26,908 nucleotides of DNA from a bacterium (GCA_031441465.1 JANOEP010000051.1:1-26908); one strand, 5' to 3'; counted from the first letter of the stretch, positions 14,701 to 22,690 are shown. The notes: generated from the sequence alone by a model not told the origin. Numbers and translations: made by a program.

Positions 14701-15682
14701 GCCCGACGCCGTGCCGAACATGGCGCCGAACACGACGCCGATCGCGGCGCCGCGCAACGCTCCGGACGACGGCCCGGACGACGCCGCGGCGAGACCGGCG
14801 CCCGACCCCGACGCCCTGGTCATGGTGCAGTTCAAGGGCCACCGCAAGGCCTGCTACCACAACCGCCGCGCGGTCGGTCTGGGCGTCGGCGACTACTGCA
14901 TGGTGGAGGCGGATCGCGGCCGCGACATGGGTCGCGTCTGCTACGTCGGCCCCGGCAAGGACGTCTGGCGCCGCGAAGCGGCGCGCCAGGGCGTGCTGTC
15001 CACCTGCGGGCCGGACGACCTGAAGCGCCTGCACGACAACCGCGCCGACGAGTGGGAGTGCTACGACATCTGCCTGGAGAAGATCCAGGAGCGGCGCCTC
15101 GAGATGGAGCTGGTGACGGTCGAGCGCCAGTACGACCGCAACAAGATCACCTTCTTCTTCACGGCCGAGAAGCGCGTCGACTTCCGGCAGCTGGTCAAGG
15201 ACCTCGCCGCGATCTTCCGCACCCGCATCGAGCTGCGGCAGATCGGCGTGCGGGACGAGGCGAAGATCAAGGGCGGGCTGGGGATCTGCGGCCGTGAGCT
15301 GTGCTGCAGCAGCTTCCTGGGCGAGTTCAGTCCCGTCACCCTGAAGATGGCCAAGGGGCAGCAGCTGCCGCTCAGCCCGAACAAGCTGTCGGGACTGTGC
15401 GGGCGGCTGCGCTGCTGCCTGTCGTACGAGCATGCGGGTTATCTCGAATCGCTGGCGCGCATGCCCCGCGTCGGGGCCCGCGTGACCACGTCGCGCGGGG
15501 ACGGGCGCGTCCGCAAGCTCGACCTGCTGCGCGAGACCGCCACGGTGCAGCTGGACGAAGGCGCCCAGACGCTCGTGCTGGGCGCGGCCGAGATGACCTG
15601 GGACGCGCGCCAGGACCTGCCGCGCAGCCGGCAGCGGCGGCCGCGCAAGCCGTGCCACCAGGACGGATCGACCGAGCACTAG
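14666..15682 (+). CDS. ricT: PSP1 / YaaT (RicT) family Fe-S protein
   Basis: VEADRGRDMG, KITFFFTAEKRVDFRQLVKDLA, RTRIELRQIGVRDEAK, GGLGICGRELCC, KLSGLCGRLRCCLSYE. Start is ambiguous (GTG 14660 or ATG 14666 after AGGAG). Confidence 0.9.
   Translation: MPEWTEPPRGSEPDAVPNMAPNTTPIAAPRNAPDDGPDDAAARPAPDPDALVMVQFKGHRKACYHNRRAVGLGVGDYCMVEADRGRDMGRVCYVGPGKDVWRREAARQGVLSTCGPDDLKRLHDNRADEWECYDICLEKIQERRLEMELVTVERQYDRNKITFFFTAEKRVDFRQLVKDLAAIFRTRIELRQIGVRDEAKIKGGLGICGRELCCSSFLGEFSPVTLKMAKGQQLPLSPNKLSGLCGRLRCCLSYEHAGYLESLARMPRVGARVTTSRGDGRVRKLDLLRETATVQLDEGAQTLVLGAAEMTWDARQDLPRSRQRRPRKPCHQDGSTEH
14702..14785 (+). repeat. Degenerate 12-bp tandem repeat x7 encoding P-x-x-x units
   Basis: PDAV PNMA PNTT PIAA PRNA PDDG PDDA; e.g. 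ccgaacatggcg/ccgaacacgacg and ccggacgacggc/ccggacgacgcc. Confidence 0.65.
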
Positions 15683-15737
15683 CATTCCGCCCGGAACGCC
15701 CGGGCCAGGCCACGCACCGCCCGCCGCCGGAGGCTGC

Positions 15738-16541
15738 TTGTTCACCGACACCCACCTGCACCTGGACCGCCGCGAGTTCGCCGGCGAGATCGACGCGGTC
15801 CTGGCCAGGGCGCGTCTCGCCGGCGTCACGCGCCTGATCAACATCGGCTACGATCTGCCCAGCAGCGAGGCGTCGTTGGCGCTGGCCCGGGGCGACGACC
15901 GGCTGCGGGCCGCAGTCGGCGTCCACCCGCACGACGCGCTGGTGATCGCCGACGCGGGCGGGGAGATCACGCCAGCCGGCGAGCGCGCCCTGGCGCGCCT
16001 GGCCGAGCTGGCCGCCGACCTGCGCGTGGTGGCGATCGGCGAGATCGGCCTGGATTTCTACCGCGACCTGTCGCCGCGCCCGGCACAACGCGCCGCGCTG
16101 CGGGCCCAGCTCGCGCTGGCCGCGCGCCTCGAGCTGCCGGTGGTGCTGCACGTGCGCGACGCCCACGACGACATCGTCGCCGAACTCGAGGACGCCGGCG
16201 TGCCGGCGCGGGGCGGCATCCTGCACAGTTTCACCGGCGGGGCCGGGCACGCCGCCTGGGGCGTGGCGCACGGGTTCCTGCTGGGGATCGGCGGCCCGGT
16301 GACGTACCGCAACAGCGGCTTGCCGGAGGTCCTGGCCGGCGTCGCGGTGGAACATCTGGTCCTGGAGACCGACGCGCCCTGGCTGCCGCCGGTGCCGCAC
16401 CGCGGCGGCCGCAACGAACCCGCCTTCCTGCCGCTGACGGCGGCCCGCGTCGCGGAGATCTACGGGATCGCGGCGCCGGAGCTGGCGCGCATCACCGGGG
16501 CGAATGTCGATCGCCTGTGCGGCGTGCGGGGGTGGGCGTGA
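15738..16541 (+). CDS. tatD: TatD-family metal-dependent hydrolase/DNase
   Basis: DTHLHL, VGVHPH, AIGEIGLD, VLHVRDA, ILHSFTG, LETDAPWL, RNEP. TTG start after GGAGG. Confidence 0.93.
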   Translation: MFTDTHLHLDRREFAGEIDAVLARARLAGVTRLINIGYDLPSSEASLALARGDDRLRAAVGVHPHDALVIADAGGEITPAGERALARLAELAADLRVVAIGEIGLDFYRDLSPRPAQRAALRAQLALAARLELPVVLHVRDAHDDIVAELEDAGVPARGGILHSFTGGAGHAAWGVAHGFLLGIGGPVTYRNSGLPEVLAGVAVEHLVLETDAPWLPPVPHRGGRNEPAFLPLTAARVAEIYGIAAPELARITGANVDRLCGVRGWA

Positions 16542-17389
16542 GCGAGCCTCTCAACCGCAGCCAGCTCGAACTGCTGCGCGCCCACGACATCCGCCCGGTC
16601 AAGCGCCGGGGTCAGAATTTCCTGCTGGACGGGAACCTGGCGCGGGCCATCGCGGCCGACTGCCTGGAACTGGGAGCGGACGTCCTGGAACTCGGGGCCG
16701 GGGGCGGGGCGTTGACATTCCCGTTGCTGGAGGCCGGGGCGCAGGTGACCGCGGTCGAGGTCGACCGGCACCTTTGCGACCTGCTGCGCGCCGAAACGGC
16801 CGGACGGGAACGATTCCGGCTGGTGGAGGCCGATATCGCGCGTTTGGACTGGTCTGCGGTCCTGGACCTGGCCGGTCCCCGGCCGGTGGTGGCCGGGAAC
16901 CTGCCCTACGTCCTGACCAGCGAGGTGCTGTTCGCGCTCATCGACCACCGCCGGCGCGTGGCCGGGGCGGTGTTCATGATCCAGCGCGAGGTGGCCGCGC
17001 GGCTGGCCGCCGGGCCGGGCAGCAAGGAGTACGGCGTGCTGGCGGTGGTGCTCGGGGCGCTGTTCGCGGTGGACGTGCGCCGGCAGGTGCCGGCGGCGGT
17101 GTTCTGGCCGCGGCCCGACGTCGTGTCGGCCGTGGTCGTGTTGCGCCCGCTGCCGGGGGACTGGGACGACGCGGAGCTGGCGCGTTTCAAGGCCCTGGTC
17201 AAGGGTCTCTTCCAGCAACGGCGCAAGCGCACCGCCACCGTCCTGCGCTCGCTGTGCGGCACCGACGAGGCGACCGCGGCCGGCTGGTGCCGCGCCGCGG
17301 GCGTGGACCCCGACGCGCGGCCCGAACAGGCGTCGCGCGAGGCCCTGCGCGAACTGGCCCGGATCATCCCCAGGGAGGACGAACGTTGA
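16538..17389 (+). CDS. rsmA: 16S rRNA adenine dimethyltransferase
   Basis: GQNFL, LELGAGGGALT, VEVD, VAGNLPY, MIQREVAARL, FQQRRK. GTG 16538 overlaps the tatD stop. Confidence 0.95.
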   Translation: MSEPLNRSQLELLRAHDIRPVKRRGQNFLLDGNLARAIAADCLELGADVLELGAGGGALTFPLLEAGAQVTAVEVDRHLCDLLRAETAGRERFRLVEADIARLDWSAVLDLAGPRPVVAGNLPYVLTSEVLFALIDHRRRVAGAVFMIQREVAARLAAGPGSKEYGVLAVVLGALFAVDVRRQVPAAVFWPRPDVVSAVVVLRPLPGDWDDAELARFKALVKGLFQQRRKRTATVLRSLCGTDEATAAGWCRAAGVDPDARPEQASREALRELARIIPREDER

Positions 17390-19452
17390 GGTGCAGGCCG
17401 GGACAGGGGATCGCCGCGGCGCTGGCGCTGTGCTGGCTGCTCGCCGCCGCGGCCGGCGCGGCGCAGGAAGCCGACGAGGACACGACCGGTTCGGCCGCGG
17501 CGGACAGCGCGGCCGCCGCCGGCGGCACACCGGCCCTGAACGAGTTGCAGCGCCTGTTGGCCGAAGCCCGGGCCGCCGCGGCGGACACCACCCTCGCCGG
17601 TCGCCCGCCCTTCCTGATGCGCTGGCAGCGGACGGCCAAGGGCACGGTGCGGGCCCAGATGCAGAAGGTCGACTGGGAGGCCGGCCTGACCAACAATTTC
17701 GCGCTGCGCGACATGAGCACCGTCGGTCTCACCCTGGACAAGGCGCACGAGGACTACCGTTCGCAGGAGAAGGTCGTCGACCGCCGCAACGGGTCGCTCG
17801 CCTACGCCACCGATTCCCAGCGGAGTCTGATGGGTACCCTCTCGCTGGCCCAGAACTGGAGCCGCGACGAGGTCACCAACACCACGGGCCTGACCAACGC
17901 CAACGAGCGCGACGTGCGCACGGCCAACGCCACGGTCCAGCGCCAGGATCTGGGCCTGTTCGGGGCGTTGCACAACGTCCATGTCCGCGGCACCTTCACC
18001 GAGCAGCAGGCCGAGCAGCTCGGCATGCGCAACGACATCTCCGAGGGCCAGCTCGACGGGGCGTTGCGCTCCAGGATCGCGGCCGGCGACTGGCTCGTTC
18101 TGCAGACCGGCCTGTACGGTGCGTCCCAGAGCGGCGAGCGCTCCCTGGGCCTGCAGACGAACCCCTCGAGCACCAGCGGCGACACCCTGCGCGTCGGCGC
18201 CCACTACGATCGCGGCGCCTGGCGCGGCGGGTTCACCGTGGCGAGTTCGAACTTCGACAAGCGCTACCTCGACTACCGCCGCAACGCCAACGGCATCGTC
18301 GACACCATCGGCGTCGACGAGAAGATCGTGCAGGAACTCGAGAGCGACGACGCGGTGACCCTCACCTGGGACAACGCCCTGCGCGTGTGGGGCGTGAGCT
18401 TCGGGGCCAAACTGGCCCGGGACATGTCGCAGAACGGCTTCCGGGCCAGCGGCATCGGCACGCGGGAGCGCCACCAGGACCGCGCCAACTTCGATCTGGG
18501 TTTCCGGCCTACCCGGCTGGACTCGGTCCAGTTCCAGTACAGCTACCTGTGGAAGTGGGACGACCAGAGGTTCAAGGGCGCCACCAGCTCGCGCGGCCGC
18601 CAGATCTCGGAGTCCCGCGACTTCAAGTTCAACTGGGTCCACGACCTGTTCCGGCACACCGACCTGAGGCTGGCCTTCGCGACGGGACTGTCGCAGGAGA
18701 TCGCCGAGCGCATGTTCAACCAGAACGACCGCGACCGGCTCGAGACCTCCCTGAACATCAAGGTCGACACGACGTTCGACAACAACTTCAAGGTGAACCT
18801 GGCCTTCGACGCCCGGCACATCGAGGACATCTCGATCCGGCGCGAGCGGTCGGCCAACAACAGCGTGAAGGACACCTACGAAGTCGCTCCCGGCTACTCC
18901 TGGCCGGTCGCGCCCTGGCTGGAGCTGGCCCAGAGTTTCCGCGTCTGGATCCAGTACTCGGACTACGTCTATTCCGATTACGAGGGCATCGACAAGCAGG
19001 ACGACTACAACAAACGCGGCAACCTGAACACCCGGGTGTCGTTCAAGGTGAGCAGCCGCCTGCGCGTGACCCTGCGCCACGACTACAACGCCAAGTCCAA
19101 CGCCAAGAAGTCGGCCTCCGACGCCCTCGGCCGCTCGTTCTACAGCCGCGAGCAGATCCAGGACGTCTCGAAGGTCGACGTCAGCCTGACCTACAAGCCG
19201 ACCCCCTGGTTGACCCTGGACGGCACCACTTACCAGTCGCGCGACTACAAGGAAACCTACGGCGCGCGCGATACCGAGAGCGAGCGCTTCAGCGGCCAGG
19301 TGAGCGTGGGCGGGCAGATCGATCTGTCCAACAAGGACGACTCGCTCACCCTGAAGGCCGGCGTCCACCGGTTCTTCGCCCACGGCCCGAGCGTCCAGGC
19401 CTACAACAGCGAGTACTGGGATGCCGACATCCAGGTGAGCTGGAGGTTTTGA
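17386..19452 (+). CDS. Large predicted outer-membrane beta-barrel protein of unknown function (688 aa)
   Basis: TTG overlaps the rsmA stop, with GGAGG 7 nt upstream. Hydrophobic signal ends AGA-AQE. About 590 aa of alternating-polarity strands (e.g. SVQFQYSYLWKWD, FKVNLAFDARH, LRVTLRHDYN). C-terminal beta-signal DIQVSWRF. Confidence 0.8.
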   Translation: MRCRPGQGIAAALALCWLLAAAAGAAQEADEDTTGSAAADSAAAAGGTPALNELQRLLAEARAAAADTTLAGRPPFLMRWQRTAKGTVRAQMQKVDWEAGLTNNFALRDMSTVGLTLDKAHEDYRSQEKVVDRRNGSLAYATDSQRSLMGTLSLAQNWSRDEVTNTTGLTNANERDVRTANATVQRQDLGLFGALHNVHVRGTFTEQQAEQLGMRNDISEGQLDGALRSRIAAGDWLVLQTGLYGASQSGERSLGLQTNPSSTSGDTLRVGAHYDRGAWRGGFTVASSNFDKRYLDYRRNANGIVDTIGVDEKIVQELESDDAVTLTWDNALRVWGVSFGAKLARDMSQNGFRASGIGTRERHQDRANFDLGFRPTRLDSVQFQYSYLWKWDDQRFKGATSSRGRQISESRDFKFNWVHDLFRHTDLRLAFATGLSQEIAERMFNQNDRDRLETSLNIKVDTTFDNNFKVNLAFDARHIEDISIRRERSANNSVKDTYEVAPGYSWPVAPWLELAQSFRVWIQYSDYVYSDYEGIDKQDDYNKRGNLNTRVSFKVSSRLRVTLRHDYNAKSNAKKSASDALGRSFYSREQIQDVSKVDVSLTYKPTPWLTLDGTTYQSRDYKETYGARDTESERFSGQVSVGGQIDLSNKDDSLTLKAGVHRFFAHGPSVQAYNSEYWDADIQVSWRF

Positions 19453-20075
19453 TGACCCACTATCGCCGCGGCTCATTTCTTGCTATAATGATCTTGTCCC
19501 TGGGCCTGATCCCCGCGCTGGGGGGGTGCCTGTTCGAGCCCCGGGACGCCGAGGACCCGTCGGGCGGTTCGATCACGTACCTGGACCAGTCGCAGCCCGA
19601 AAATGTCCTGGCGAACCTGGAAACGGCGTTCCAGAACAAGGATGCCGCCGGCTACGAGCGCCAGATCGCCACAGAGTTCAGCTACGAGCCGGACGCGGAC
19701 ACCCAGGCGTCGTACCCGGATGTGGATTGGTCGACCTGGAACCGGGACACCGAAATCGCGTTCATCCAGAACTTCTTCAACAACGTGGACGGGATCACGG
19801 CGAATCTGAACGAAGTGGTGATCCAGGGTGAATGGGACGGGTCGACGGCGGATCTGCGCTACATCTACGCGGTTACGGTGACCGAGAGCGGCGGGGCGGT
19901 GCCCTACCGGGCCAGCGTCACCTTGAATTTCCGGCTCGACGGCACGTTCTGGGTCCTGTCGCGCTGGTTCGATGAGCAGGGGGAGCAGGATCCCCAGTCC
20001 CAGACCCCGCTGCCCACGCTGGGGCAACGGCGGGGTGCCTTCGCCGCATCAGGAGGTGGCCGAGCGAGCGGTTGA
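19452..20075 (+). CDS. Lipoprotein A (207 aa), hypothetical, possibly NTF2/SnoaL-like fold
   Basis: ATG overlaps the barrel stop (TGATG). SD GGAGG at 19442-19446. Lipobox LGGC at residue 26, followed by LFEPRDAEDP. Buried in the 17391..20075 track ORF. Confidence 0.85.
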   Translation: MTHYRRGSFLAIMILSLGLIPALGGCLFEPRDAEDPSGGSITYLDQSQPENVLANLETAFQNKDAAGYERQIATEFSYEPDADTQASYPDVDWSTWNRDTEIAFIQNFFNNVDGITANLNEVVIQGEWDGSTADLRYIYAVTVTESGGAVPYRASVTLNFRLDGTFWVLSRWFDEQGEQDPQSQTPLPTLGQRRGAFAASGGGRASG

Positions 20076-20087
20076 TATGCTATGATC
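20072..20087 (+). promoter_or_regulatory. Extended -10 promoter candidate TTGATATGCTATGATC for lipoprotein B
   Basis: TG-c-TATGAT. 14/16 identical to the element at 20906-20921. Confidence 0.65.
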
Positions 20088-20189
20088 CGTCCCTACATCG
20101 AATGACGATCCGCCTCGCCTCGTGCGGGGGTCGACGGCGAAGAGCCTACGGCGCGCCGATGCGCCATCCGAGATGTGGAGGTGACCAAC

Positions 20190-20801
20190 ATGCGAAGCCA
20201 CACCAGATTCCTTTCCTGCCTGACCGCCTTGGCGGCCCTGGTCGTGATGGCCGGGGGCTGCATCTTCTCGCCCGACGAGGGGGGCGATCCGCCAATTGTC
20301 GTCGTGACGTACCCGTTCCCGGACACGGCCGAGAAGCTCATGACGAACTTCAAGAACGCGTACGGCACCATGAACGTCGACGAGTACCGCAACGCGCTGC
20401 ACACGGGCTACATCTTCGTGTTCGCCGACGGCAGCCCCGTGGCGCCCACGACCGGCATCTACACGCGCGAGGAGGACCTGCAGTCCACCACGCGCATGTT
20501 CAACGGCGACCAGGGGCAGGACCCGGACGGTCAGCCCAAGCCCGGCGTGCGTGACATCGAGTTCACCGAACTGCTGCGCCTGACCGACTGGGAGGACGTG
20601 CCGGAGACGGACGTCTACTTCCCGGGCGCCATCCGCGCCCTGTTCGACGTGCGGGTCGTGTTCTACCTGAACACCGAGTCGACGAACACCATCACGGTTG
20701 ATTCGCAGCAGCTGTTCTACCTGAAGTCCATCTCCGAAGTGCAGCCGGACGACAGCACCAAGCTGCACTTCTACCTGATCGGGCAGCAGGACCTCGACTA
20801 G
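20190..20801 (+). CDS. Lipoprotein B (203 aa), hypothetical
   Basis: SD GGAGGTG at 20177-20183. Lipobox AGGC at residue 24. Close paralog of 20990..21604. Confidence 0.9.
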   Translation: MRSHTRFLSCLTALAALVVMAGGCIFSPDEGGDPPIVVVTYPFPDTAEKLMTNFKNAYGTMNVDEYRNALHTGYIFVFADGSPVAPTTGIYTREEDLQSTTRMFNGDQGQDPDGQPKPGVRDIEFTELLRLTDWEDVPETDVYFPGAIRALFDVRVVFYLNTESTNTITVDSQQLFYLKSISEVQPDDSTKLHFYLIGQQDLD

Positions 20802-20830
20802 ACGCACGCCCCGCGGCGTGCCGATCACGG

Positions 20831-20859
20831 GGAGGGGCGCGCGGCGCCCCTCCTTTTTT
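20831..20859 (+). terminator. Intrinsic terminator after lipoprotein B
   Basis: GGAGGGGCGC-gcg-GCGCCCCTCC followed by T6. Confidence 0.9.
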
Positions 20860-20905
20860 CTTGCTGCCGGCTCCGGGGTCGGCTCCCGGGCTGGCCTGCG
20901 CGCGA

Positions 20906-20921
20906 TTGATATGGTAGGATC
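20906..20921 (+). promoter_or_regulatory. Extended -10 promoter candidate TTGATATGGTAGGATC for lipoprotein C
   Basis: TG-g-TAGGAT. Lies between the upstream terminator and the SD. 14/16 identical to 20072-20087. Confidence 0.65.
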
Positions 20922-20989
20922 GATTCCATTCCGAAACCGATCGTTCACCCCGCGCGATGCGCACCCAACCCGTGGCGGAGGTTCCTTCC

Positions 20990-21604
20990 ATGCGACGTCC
21001 CACGACGAGCCTGTCCGGCCTGGTCACCGCGATCGCACTGATCGCACTGACCGGCGGCTGCTTCAACTCGAACGATCCCGTGGACACGGATCCGCCGCCG
21101 GACGCCTACCCGTTCCCGGACACCGCCGAGCAGCTCATGACGAACTTCAAGGACGCCTACGGCGGCATGAACATCGACGAGTACGACAACGTGCTGCACG
21201 AGGACTTCCTCTTCGTGTTCGCCGACGGCAGCCCCGTGGCGCCCACGAACGGCGTCTACACGCGCGAGGAGGACCTGCAGTCCACCACCCGTATGTTCAA
21301 CGGCGATCAGGGGCAGGACGAGGAAGGTGTCGTGAAGCCCGGCGTGCGCGACATCGAGTTCACCCAGCTTGAGCGCCAGACCGACTGGGAGGAGGTGCCC
21401 GGTGACGACCTCCATTTTGCCGGCGCCCGGCGCGCCCTGTTCGATGTGCGGGTCGTGTTCTACCTGAATACCGAGTCGACGAACACGATCACGATCGACT
21501 GCCAGCAGCTCTTCTACGTGACGTCCGTGGCCGAAGAGCAGGCGGGCGGCGGCACCCGGCAGCACTTCTACCTGATCGGGCAGCACGATCTCGATTCGAA
21601 GTAA
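20990..21604 (+). CDS. Lipoprotein C (204 aa), hypothetical
   Basis: SD GGAGGT at 20977-20982. Lipobox TGGC at residue 24. Paralog of lipoprotein B. Confidence 0.9.
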   Translation: MRRPTTSLSGLVTAIALIALTGGCFNSNDPVDTDPPPDAYPFPDTAEQLMTNFKDAYGGMNIDEYDNVLHEDFLFVFADGSPVAPTNGVYTREEDLQSTTRMFNGDQGQDEEGVVKPGVRDIEFTQLERQTDWEEVPGDDLHFAGARRALFDVRVVFYLNTESTNTITIDCQQLFYVTSVAEEQAGGGTRQHFYLIGQHDLDSK

Positions 21605-21627
21605 GACCGCGCCGTCCGCGCGGGTCG

Positions 21628-21653
21628 AGGGGGGGGCGCCGCGCCCCCCCTTT
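21628..21653 (+). terminator. Terminator-like hairpin after lipoprotein C
   Basis: GGGGGGGCG-ccg-CGCCCCCCC then TTT. The U-tract is short. Confidence 0.7.
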
Positions 21654-21656
21654 CCG

Positions 21657-21685
21657 TTGGACAATTCCCGGCCCGTGCGTATCGT
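21657..21685 (+). promoter_or_regulatory. Candidate sigma70 promoter (TGGACA-N16-TATCGT)
   Basis: Directly after the terminator. The predicted +1 falls on or near ATG 21692. Confidence 0.5.
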
Positions 21686-21691
21686 GGCCGC

Positions 21692-22690
21692 ATGCTGCCA
21701 GCCGCCATGAAAACATGCCGCCACGAACGGCGTTCGGCCCCGGCCCCGGCTTCCCTCCGGACGCTCCTGCTGATCGTCGTGATCGGCCTGGCCGGCTGCG
21801 GCCCCTCCGAGCCCGATCGCAACGCGAAACCGGCCGCGCGGCGGTCCCGGCCCGCGGCGGCGCCGCCCGTTCCGGCGCCGCCCGCGCCCCGGACGTCGTT
21901 GTTGACCGACCTGCTCGGCTCCCTGGACACCCCGACGATCGCGATCGTCGTCGACGACTGGGGCCACCGGCGCGACGCCACGACCCGCGGCTTCGCCGAG
22001 CTGGATTTCCCGCTGACCTTCTCCATCCTGCCGGGCCTGCGCTTCTCCCGCCAGGACGCCCTGCAGGCGACGCCGCTGGCGCTGCCGGAACAGGCCCCCG
22101 GGGGCGAGGCCGCCGGCCCGCCGCCGCACCGTCGCCGCGAGATCATGCTGCACCTGCCGATGGAGCCCGAGGGATTCCCCGACCAGGATCCGGGACCCGA
22201 CCCGTTGCGGGTCGGCATGGACCGCGGGCGCGTCGCCGCGATCCTCGATGCCGCGCTGGCGGGTGTGCCGGGCGCGCGCGGTCTCAACAACCACATGGGC
22301 AGCGCCGCCACCGCCGACACCGCGCTGATGTCGGCGCTGGCCGACGAGCTGTCCGCGCGCGGGATGTTCTTCCTGGACAGCCTGACGACGCCCCGCTCGG
22401 TCGCGGCCCGGCAGATGCGCGCCGTCGCGGTGCCGACGCTGGTCAACCGCATCTTCCTGGACCAGAGCGTCACGAACCGCGAGCAGGTCCGCGAGCTGCT
22501 CGCCCGGCTGGTCAAGTCGGCGCGGGCGCGGGGCGCCGCGGTGGGCCTCTGCCATCCCTATCCCGAGACGCTGGCGATCCTGCGCGAGGAGTTGCCGCGC
22601 CTGCGGGACGAAGGGCTGCGGATGGTGACCGTGTCGGAGCTGCTGGCGCTCGAGGCGGCCCGTCGCGCTGCGGCCGAGACGTTGCCATGA
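21692..22690 (+). CDS. Divergent polysaccharide deacetylase (YibQ-like), probable lipoprotein
   Basis: IAIVVDDWG, LTFSILP, EIMLHLPMEP, GLNNHMGS, FFLDSLT, RIFLD, GLCHPYPET. Hydrophobic segment ends LAGC. Start is 21692 or 21707. Confidence 0.88.
   Translation: MLPAAMKTCRHERRSAPAPASLRTLLLIVVIGLAGCGPSEPDRNAKPAARRSRPAAAPPVPAPPAPRTSLLTDLLGSLDTPTIAIVVDDWGHRRDATTRGFAELDFPLTFSILPGLRFSRQDALQATPLALPEQAPGGEAAGPPPHRRREIMLHLPMEPEGFPDQDPGPDPLRVGMDRGRVAAILDAALAGVPGARGLNNHMGSAATADTALMSALADELSARGMFFLDSLTTPRSVAARQMRAVAVPTLVNRIFLDQSVTNREQVRELLARLVKSARARGAAVGLCHPYPETLAILREELPRLRDEGLRMVTVSELLALEAARRAAAETLP

Larger units (their letters stand above)
20310..21595 (+). repeat. Direct repeat pair 20310-20798 / 21107-21595 (mature domains of lipoproteins B and C)
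   Basis: Gapless hand alignment gives 123/163 identical aa (~75%), with identical DNA runs of 39 and 34 nt. Confidence 0.95.

Noticed and set aside
20921..20989. c-di-GMP-I riboswitch-like CCATTCCGAAA in the lipoprotein C leader
   Set aside because: The flanking GGCAAA and GGGACGCAAAGCC elements and the second stem are absent.
20310..21595. Diversity-generating retroelement (TR/VR pair)
   Set aside because: No reverse transcriptase in the window, both copies are full genes, and the differences are not adenine-specific.
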